DNA of 64,000 nucleotides from an uncultured virus (IMG/VR IMGVR_UViG_3300024251_000006) (taxonomy: Duplodnaviria; Heunggongvirae; Uroviricota; Caudoviricetes), in the IMG/VR virus record IMGVR_UViG_3300024251_000006. One strand, 5' to 3'. Positions 57,713 through 64,000 of this stretch are shown piece by piece (the stretch's first letter is position 1; every line of letters starts with the position of its first letter). The translations under genes and the position numbers were made by a program. The notes below the pieces were generated by a model. That model did not search any database and was not told the origin of the DNA. It saw only the letters and a list, made by a program, of their open reading frames with translations.

Positions 57713-57727
57713 TTCCAGAGGAGCCCT

Positions 57728-57814
57728 ATGAAGCATCACGGTAAGGATGGCAAAAAGGAAAAGGACGGTAAGAAGGACGGTAAGGGCGCGAAGCTATTCG
57801 GCAAGAAGAAGTAA
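57728..57814 (+). CDS. 28-aa Lys-rich peptide (not in the ORF track)
   Basis: GAGGAG RBS; MKHHGKDGKKEKDGKKDGKGAKLFGKKK. Confidence 0.6.
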   Translation: MKHHGKDGKKEKDGKKDGKGAKLFGKKK

Positions 57815-57827
57815 CGGGAGACATTCG

Positions 57828-57983
57828 ATGCGCGGACACAGTAAATCAGGCGGTTTCGCCGGTAATCTCACCAAGATCGGCGGCGCCGGCTCCAAGCTCA
57901 AGATGAAGTCCGATATGAAGGCCGACACTATGGTTGGCCCCAGTCTCAAGAAGGGTAAGAAGCAGGCGCACAAGAAAGCATAA
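57828..57983 (+). CDS. Small Lys/Gly-rich basic protein
   Basis: GGGAG RBS; MRGHSKSGG...KKGKKQAHKKA. Confidence 0.6.
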   Translation: MRGHSKSGGFAGNLTKIGGAGSKLKMKSDMKADTMVGPSLKKGKKQAHKKA

Positions 57984-58292
57984 ATGGCTGCCGCTCCAGT
58001 TGCGATGACTCCGCCCCCAAGTGCAGGGGGAAATGCCCCGCCATCGCCGGCGCAGGTCAATCCAACCTCGCCGCCGCAAGTATCACCGGCTCCGGCCACT
58101 CCTTCTCCACAAATGAATGAGGGAACGCAACTGGGTATCAGGATAGCTCACGACCTTACAGCCCTGGCCAAGATGTTTCCGGTGGTTACGCCAAAGATTG
58201 CGCAGATTAACAATATCTTGCGGGAAGTGGTAGCTGGAATCATGGAAAGTTCTCAGACGGGCGAACCCGCCGCGCCGCCGAGTAACGGGTAA
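57984..58292 (+). CDS. Pro-rich head-associated hypothetical protein
   Basis: Lies between the portal and scaffold genes. Confidence 0.55.
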   Translation: MAAAPVAMTPPPSAGGNAPPSPAQVNPTSPPQVSPAPATPSPQMNEGTQLGIRIAHDLTALAKMFPVVTPKIAQINNILREVVAGIMESSQTGEPAAPPSNG

Positions 58293-58301
58293 GGAGGCAA
58301 A

Positions 58302-59138
58302 ATGACATACGCAGAGTATTTGAAAGCCAATGGGGCCACAGAGGAAGAGATCAAGGTTTTGGATTCAGCGGTAGCCCGCCGCGCATTCGATAAGTCGCAG
58401 GCTGAAGCCGAGGAAGCCCGTCAGACTGCCGCTAAGCTCGAAGAGACCATGAAGAATTACGAAGCTCGCGTGCAGTCCTGGTACACCGAGAACGACAGCA
58501 AGCTCAAGCAGGTCCAGAATCAAGCCGTAGCCGCTGCTGCCGAAGCTGCTCGCGCCAAGGCTGCTCTCTTGGAAGCCCAAAAGCAGGGCATGGTGGACAT
58601 TGCCAAGGATTTAGGCTACGAAACGGAACCTCCTAAGCAACAGCCCGCCGCTCCTGACGATCGCTATCTCACCATGGAGAAGTTCCAGCAGGCCGGTGAC
58701 ACCTTCGCCGCCAATCTTACCGCCATGCTCGACGCGGCCAGCGAACACGCACGCCTCTTCCCCAACGTCCCTTTCAACGCCGAACAGCTCCGCCGTGAAG
58801 CTCAATCCCAGGGCAAAACTCTGCTCCCTTATTGGGAAGAGAAGTTCAAGGTACGCGATGCTCGCGAAGCCGCCGCCCAAAAGCAGCGTGACGCCGAAAT
58901 CGCCAAGTGGAAAGCCGAAGGCGCCAAGGAGAAGGAAACCGAACTGGTCTCCCGCTTCGGCAATCCCGAGACACGTCCCATGGTTCCTTCCAAGTCACCT
59001 TTCGCTGTGCGCCCCGACGATAAGCTGCGCGCTGACAACCAGCCGTGGAATAAGAGCGAAACGCAGCTTGCGAATGACCGTGTCGTACGCGGGGTTCAGA
59101 AATTAGCAGAGCGTCAGTCCGAGGGATTCAAGAATTAG
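58302..59138 (+). CDS. Capsid scaffolding protein
   Basis: AGGAGG RBS; Ala/Glu/Lys coiled coil directly upstream of the major capsid gene. Confidence 0.7.
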   Translation: MTYAEYLKANGATEEEIKVLDSAVARRAFDKSQAEAEEARQTAAKLEETMKNYEARVQSWYTENDSKLKQVQNQAVAAAAEAARAKAALLEAQKQGMVDIAKDLGYETEPPKQQPAAPDDRYLTMEKFQQAGDTFAANLTAMLDAASEHARLFPNVPFNAEQLRREAQSQGKTLLPYWEEKFKVRDAREAAAQKQRDAEIAKWKAEGAKEKETELVSRFGNPETRPMVPSKSPFAVRPDDKLRADNQPWNKSETQLANDRVVRGVQKLAERQSEGFKN

Positions 59139-59166
59139 CTGTCAGTGAGTACACAGGAGAGTAAAG

Positions 59167-60309
59167 ATGGCCGACCCAACATTTGATCAAATCTCAGCCA
59201 CAACACTGGCAGATCTCAAAGACGATGTACTCGTTGATAATTTTTTCGTCGAAACTCCATGGATGCGCAAGATGCGCGCCATGGGCGCTCTCGAAGACTT
59301 TGCCAGCGGTACCTTCATGCAGGATCCGTTTATGTACGACCGTGTGAACGGTGGCGCTATTGCTCCAGGCTCCGATGTGACCGTCGTGCAGAAGCAGATC
59401 ATCGCGGCCACCGCCTTCGTGCCCAAGGAATACGTGGAGCAGGTGCCATTGAACCTCTGGCAGACCAACGTAATCCAGGGTTCCGGCCCGGCGGTCAAGG
59501 TCAAGTTGATCGACGCTTACATGCAGAACGCGGTGCAGGCACTCAACACCGACGTAGCCATTGACTTCTACCGTCACGGGCAGAACATTACCGGCTCCAA
59601 CCGGCAGATCTTCATTAACGGTCTCTCCGAAGCGCTCAACGACGGTGTCAACCCCTCCTGGGACGGTAACGTGTTCACCACTTACGGCGGCCAGACTCGT
59701 AACGGCGCTATCGGCAACGTACTCAACTCAGTTCCGACATGGGTTGGCGACACCGCCGGCAACACCGGCCAGATCAGCTACAAGACAGTCTTCGAGGCGT
59801 ATCAAAACTGCGTGCAGCCTCCCGACATCGGCCTGTGCAACAAGGCTCTCTTCAGCTACTTGGCCGAGCGTCAGGAACCGAAGCAGCGCTTTGAGATGGT
59901 CTCAGACCTCAGCATTGGCGTCAGCGGCCTGAAAGTCCTCGATGGCACCATCTTCGTGGACAAACTGGCTCCGTCGACCAAGTACGGCACCATCCTGCCG
60001 TCCAACCTGAGCCAGACCACAAGCATCAAGCCGACAGCCTTCACCACTCCGACGCTCAGCACGACGCAGAACGCCATCTCTAACTACCCGAGCGCCACTT
60101 CCTGCACTCCCGGCGAGCCATTCTTCTGGCTGCGCGTCAAGGGATGGAAGCTCCGTCCGTCATCCGACCCGGAGTATAACTTCAACTTCACGCCGCCTAT
60201 CCGCAGCCAGAACAACGCGGACTTGGTGGTCATGTTCCTCAAAGCGGGCTTGAACCTCTACACCGTGCAGCCTCGCGATAACTGGCAGCTGGTTGGCGCA
60301 GGATTCTAA
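59167..60309 (+). CDS. Major capsid protein (HK97 fold inferred)
   Basis: 380 aa after the scaffold gene; ISATTL..LVDNFF..P, INGLSEAL, YGGQTR motifs. Confidence 0.8.
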   Translation: MADPTFDQISATTLADLKDDVLVDNFFVETPWMRKMRAMGALEDFASGTFMQDPFMYDRVNGGAIAPGSDVTVVQKQIIAATAFVPKEYVEQVPLNLWQTNVIQGSGPAVKVKLIDAYMQNAVQALNTDVAIDFYRHGQNITGSNRQIFINGLSEALNDGVNPSWDGNVFTTYGGQTRNGAIGNVLNSVPTWVGDTAGNTGQISYKTVFEAYQNCVQPPDIGLCNKALFSYLAERQEPKQRFEMVSDLSIGVSGLKVLDGTIFVDKLAPSTKYGTILPSNLSQTTSIKPTAFTTPTLSTTQNAISNYPSATSCTPGEPFFWLRVKGWKLRPSSDPEYNFNFTPPIRSQNNADLVVMFLKAGLNLYTVQPRDNWQLVGAGF

Positions 60310-60360
60310 ATGAGAATACTAAGTGGGTTCTCAGTGAGATTGGGATAAAGGAGATACACC

Positions 60361-61038
60361 ATGGCAGGCGGAATGCTCACGAAACAAGCTGACCAACTCA
60401 CAGCCAAGTGGCTCAACGACGTCAACGACTCGACTTCCGGTGGCGCATTAGTCAGCGTCCCTACCGGTGTCCAGTCGGTGCAGTCGAGCGCAACGCAGCC
60501 CGGCGACCGTATCGTGCTGGACGACGCTTCGGCTCTGGCTAACAGTGATACCACTGTCGGCACGCTCTACGGCGGCGTCTACATGTACGTCGGCACGCTA
60601 GCCACCTCGACAGCCTCACCAGTCCGCGGTGCCATTGCCTTCTGGCGCTCCAACGAACTGCCGGGTGGCGCAACACAGTCTTACGTGGTCACCGCTGACG
60701 CTCAGCCCACCACTGCCGTCCCGGGCTACATTGCCGGCGTATTCATCAACCCGACGACCTCCAGCGGCACCGGCGTAGCACTCACCAAGGGCAACTTCGG
60801 CTGGATTCAAGTGGCAGGCACGGCCTCAGTGTTCTTCGACTCTACTCTGACGGCTTCAGCTACTGCTACCACGGTCTCCGCCAAGGTCAGCGCAACCATC
60901 GCATCCACCGCCGACGCAGGCGTGGCTCTAACTACCACCACCCTGTCCTTCGTTCTCGGCGTAGCTATCGGCAGCCCGATCAGCTCTACGATCTCTAGCG
61001 TAATCATCACCCGCGGTAACTTCTGCGGCCGCATCTAA
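60361..61038 (+). CDS. Capsid decoration/cement protein (Ser/Thr-rich)
   Basis: Directly after the major capsid gene; GVYMYV, GNFGWIQVAG. Confidence 0.6.
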   Translation: MAGGMLTKQADQLTAKWLNDVNDSTSGGALVSVPTGVQSVQSSATQPGDRIVLDDASALANSDTTVGTLYGGVYMYVGTLATSTASPVRGAIAFWRSNELPGGATQSYVVTADAQPTTAVPGYIAGVFINPTTSSGTGVALTKGNFGWIQVAGTASVFFDSTLTASATATTVSAKVSATIASTADAGVALTTTTLSFVLGVAIGSPISSTISSVIITRGNFCGRI

Positions 61039-61051
61039 GGGAGGGACTTGA

Positions 61052-61444
61052 ATGGCATTCCCGCTTGGAAACAAAGTTCTCCCCGGCTATCCGCAACAGG
61101 TCGGCGCGAAGAATCAAATCATCTTTGACCATACCGGCCCGACGTCCTATACCCGGTACGTCACTGGAGCCGTGCCAACCGGCGGCGACGGCATTACAGC
61201 TATCAGCTTGGGCTTCGGCGGCTTCGACAACATGGACGATACCGCCGACGTTACCGGCCAGTTCAACGCCATCGTGGTCATGGACTTGGCTGGAACCGCC
61301 AACGCCGTACCTCGGGTCACCATCAAGTACTACTCACTGGTTACTGCCACGGTAGGCGGCCAATCCCAGACGGTGGGCGCAGAGGCTGCAACCGGAACCA
61401 ACCTATCCACTTTCAGCTTCCGCTTTGAAGCGTACATGGTCTAA
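61052..61444 (+). CDS. Virion structural protein (decoration-like)
   Basis: GPTSY..GGD, EAATGTNLS motifs; position in the head module. Confidence 0.5.
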   Translation: MAFPLGNKVLPGYPQQVGAKNQIIFDHTGPTSYTRYVTGAVPTGGDGITAISLGFGGFDNMDDTADVTGQFNAIVVMDLAGTANAVPRVTIKYYSLVTATVGGQSQTVGAEAATGTNLSTFSFRFEAYMV

Positions 61445-61465
61445 TCTGGACGCCGGAGGGCTACC

Positions 61466-62482
61466 TTGGCGTTCCAGAACATGCAAGCGGAGTTGAGAGG
61501 CGCGGTACCTAAGTTGCCTTTCAGCTACACCGGCACCCTCATCAATCGCGCTTGGGGCGTCATCCGCGACTCGGATATCTGGTCGTTCCAGCTCTATGAA
61601 TCCTCATGGCGCAGCCCGGCGGTAGTCACCACTGGTACCGTTACGGTGGTACTAGGCTCTGATACCGTCCAGTTCGATGCCGCCGCCGTCGCCGCTATCA
61701 ACCAGTCGCAGCTCGATTGCCCTACCAGTCTTATCACCCAGCGCCAACTCCGGCCAGGCTCATCCTCCGGCGTATCGCAAATCTACAACCTCATCCAGTA
61801 CGATCAGATCACCGGCGCCGCCACGCTCGACCGAACGTACTACGACAACTCTGGCACCAACATCTCCTATCAGCTCTACCAGCTCTATTATCCTGCCCAG
61901 TATCAGGACCACAAGACGTGGATTAGTGTGCGCAACATGTCGATGTATATGTGGCTAGGCACCACCATGGAGCGGGCAGAACTCGACATGATCGACCCGC
62001 AACGGTCCATCTATCAGTTCCCGTCTCAAGTCGTGCCGTACATGACCGACGCCAGAGGACAAGGTACCGACAATGCCAGTGCCACTCTGGGCTTCCCGCT
62101 CTACGAACTCTGGGGTCAGCCGGTCAATCCCTTCGTCTACGCCACCTACGGTCGGCGTCTCGGCAACGACCTAGTCAACCCGACCGACACCCTGCCAGTC
62201 CAAGTCGGCGAGGATTGCGTCATCGCTAGAGCCAGAATGTACGCTTACGAATGGGCCGAAGCCAATAAGGACTTGGCACCTAGAAACAATGGCCCTGACT
62301 TCCGGTTCCTCTACGGTGTCGCTGCCGCCGAGTACAAAGACCGCATGACCAAGTATCGCCAGCAGGATAAGGACTTCGTCGACGCATGGTTCAGCATCCG
62401 CGGCATCAACTGGATGGGCCAGAATTACGGGGCATATAACACCCAGTTAGGTGTATCAACAGTATATGGTGGGCAGTATTAA
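61466..62482 (+). CDS. Head-tail adaptor-like protein
   Basis: FQNMQAEL..LINRAW..I....WSF adaptor-type N-terminus. Confidence 0.55.
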   Translation: MAFQNMQAELRGAVPKLPFSYTGTLINRAWGVIRDSDIWSFQLYESSWRSPAVVTTGTVTVVLGSDTVQFDAAAVAAINQSQLDCPTSLITQRQLRPGSSSGVSQIYNLIQYDQITGAATLDRTYYDNSGTNISYQLYQLYYPAQYQDHKTWISVRNMSMYMWLGTTMERAELDMIDPQRSIYQFPSQVVPYMTDARGQGTDNASATLGFPLYELWGQPVNPFVYATYGRRLGNDLVNPTDTLPVQVGEDCVIARARMYAYEWAEANKDLAPRNNGPDFRFLYGVAAAEYKDRMTKYRQQDKDFVDAWFSIRGINWMGQNYGAYNTQLGVSTVYGGQY

Positions 62483-62488
62483 AAGTAC

Positions 62489-62517
62489 TTGACAATTTAC
62501 CTATAGGGTGCCACTAT
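62489..62517 (+). promoter_or_regulatory. Sigma70-type promoter preceding the glycosylation cluster
   Basis: TTGACA-17nt-CACTAT. Confidence 0.5.
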
Positions 62518-62543
62518 CCGAATCTCGGAGGCACCGTAGTTGC

Positions 62544-63758
62544 ATGATCCCTACCCTCAATCCTTTCGCTCCCAAATCCACCAAGACCAAGTGGGGCGAA
62601 GAATCCGAGATGCGCGTAGTCGACGCCGCCGACATCATCTCGGCTCCTATCACCGACAACTGGCAAGACTTAGCCAACCGGGCCTCGGCGCTCTATCTCA
62701 CCGGCCTCACTGATAAAGCCCTCGAAGTGGCTACCAAGGCTGTAGGAATCCAGCGCACCATCGGCACCCTCGTCAACATGTCAGTTATCCTCGAGACTCT
62801 CGGCCGGTTTGAGGAAGCGCTCGAATACGCTCACGACGCTGCCACCCTCGACCCTGACGACGGTCGGGCCCGCGCTCTCTACGGTGAAGCGCTCCTCCGC
62901 ATGGGTAAGCTGGCCGAGGGCTGGCCGCTGTATTGCGAGCAACGGGCGGCCTTCGACTGGCTCAAAGATTTCGGCATGACCGAGTGGGACGGCACACAGG
63001 AACTAAAGAACAAGCGTCTGCTGGTTATCGAAGGAGGCGGCTATGGTGACAATCTATACTTTCTCCGATGGCTGGACACTCTTCGGCAACGCGGAGCGGC
63101 GATCGACTACGTCTGTCAGCCCACATTTGCTCCGCTGGTACGCCACCTGGACTACCGAGCCCTTGAGAACTGGTCTGGAAACGTGGACATTCGCTTCCAC
63201 GAATATGACTACTACACCGGACTTCTCGCTCTCCCCGCCAAGCTCGGAGTGACGTTTGAGAACTACGAATATCAGCCGTACATCAAGTCTGAGGAACTGG
63301 TGCGCCAGCATATCAACTACGCCGGGACTAGTACCAAGCGTGTCGGCATCTGCTCTCTCGCCGGCGAAGGTACCTCTCCCCGTAAGCAACGTTCCATGCA
63401 CGACTCCCAGCTCCAGCCCATGCTCAACGCACTCTCCCGCAAGCATCAGTGGGTCAATCTCATTCATGGCCACAAGCTGCCCAAGGAAGTTGACAATCCC
63501 ATCCTCGACGACTGGCTCGATACGGCCAAGGCGGCGGCTACTTGCGACCTCATCGTAAGCGTCGATACAGGCGTCGCTCACCTAGCTGGAGCCATGGGCA
63601 TACCTGTCTGGGTCATCCTTCCCGGTGCCGCCGCATGGCAGTACCCGGTCTATCGTGAGAATCATCCCTTCTACCCTTCCATGCGCATGTTCTGGAACCG
63701 CAAGGAAGGCTTAGACGACGCAGTGGAGGCGGTCATTGACCATCTATCGAGGCTGTAA
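62544..63758 (+). CDS. TPR-containing GT9-family glycosyltransferase
   Basis: TPR helices, EGGGYGDNLYFLR, DLIVSVDTGVAHLAGAMGIP. Confidence 0.85.
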   Translation: MIPTLNPFAPKSTKTKWGEESEMRVVDAADIISAPITDNWQDLANRASALYLTGLTDKALEVATKAVGIQRTIGTLVNMSVILETLGRFEEALEYAHDAATLDPDDGRARALYGEALLRMGKLAEGWPLYCEQRAAFDWLKDFGMTEWDGTQELKNKRLLVIEGGGYGDNLYFLRWLDTLRQRGAAIDYVCQPTFAPLVRHLDYRALENWSGNVDIRFHEYDYYTGLLALPAKLGVTFENYEYQPYIKSEELVRQHINYAGTSTKRVGICSLAGEGTSPRKQRSMHDSQLQPMLNALSRKHQWVNLIHGHKLPKEVDNPILDDWLDTAKAAATCDLIVSVDTGVAHLAGAMGIPVWVILPGAAAWQYPVYRENHPFYPSMRMFWNRKEGLDDAVEAVIDHLSRL

Positions 63759-64000
63759 TCAAAGGATCCCTGAATACCACTCCTGGGTAGCTCTCAACCG
63801 TGGCATGGACATCCAATCCTACGTGGAACTCGGCTGCGGCAGCGCATCATTCCTGCAGGATGCCGGCGTACCCAAGATCATCACCGTAGACCTCCTACCC
63901 AACGGTCATCCCACCATTGAGCATATCGTCGGCGATACGCACTCACTAGAAATCCTGCATGACGTGCTCAACCGTCTCGGCGACAGGCCGGAGTGCGTAT
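63736..64000 (+). CDS. 3'-truncated SAM-dependent methyltransferase
   Basis: GGAGG + TTG start; ...SYVELGCGSA..ITVDL..IVGDTH..PECV runs off the window end. Confidence 0.65.
   Translation, partial: MTIYRGCNQRIPEYHSWVALNRGMDIQSYVELGCGSASFLQDAGVPKIITVDLLPNGHPTIEHIVGDTHSLEILHDVLNRLGDRPECV

Noticed and set aside
1..64000. Integrated prophage with host flanks (sugar genes read as a host LPS locus)
   Set aside because: No integrase or att site was seen, the sugar genes are coupled to phage structural genes, and no housekeeping genes are present

Overview
The window is most of a tailed dsDNA phage genome, probably a podovirus, and appears circularly permuted: the sugar-modification gene cluster runs off the right end and resumes at the left end. 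The host is probably a Gram-negative bacterium such as an Acidobacteriota member, inferred from a PEP-CTERM protein and choice-of-anchor-D/FN3 secreted-type proteins. The + strand late region runs from about 48.1 kb through the window end and on to 29.6 kb. It holds tRNA-Asp, the terminase, portal, scaffold, major capsid, decoration and adaptor genes, a cluster of at least 8 glycosyltransferase/methyltransferase/epimerase genes, the tail adaptor and nozzle, a block of fibre/adhesin genes, ejection proteins and holin-like genes. The - strand region (29.7-47.6 kb) holds the endolysin and spanin-like genes, a GIY-YIG nuclease, SSB, a RecT-like annealase, a Cas4-like exonuclease, DNA-modification genes, RusA and many small early ORFs. 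I recognised no integrase, HTH repressor, DNA polymerase, primase, reverse transcriptase or CRISPR array. Most notable observations: (1) a ~630-nt multi-domain structured ncRNA locus headed by a tRNA mimic and containing a duplicated three-way-junction motif; (2) several tail-fibre/adhesin proteins with Sec signal peptides and paired cysteines; (3) a probable virion glycosylation and O-methylation pathway; (4) a catalytically degenerate Cas4-like paralogue placed after the ejection genes; (5) a phage-borne PEP-CTERM protein. All functional calls come from manual motif reading; no database search was run.
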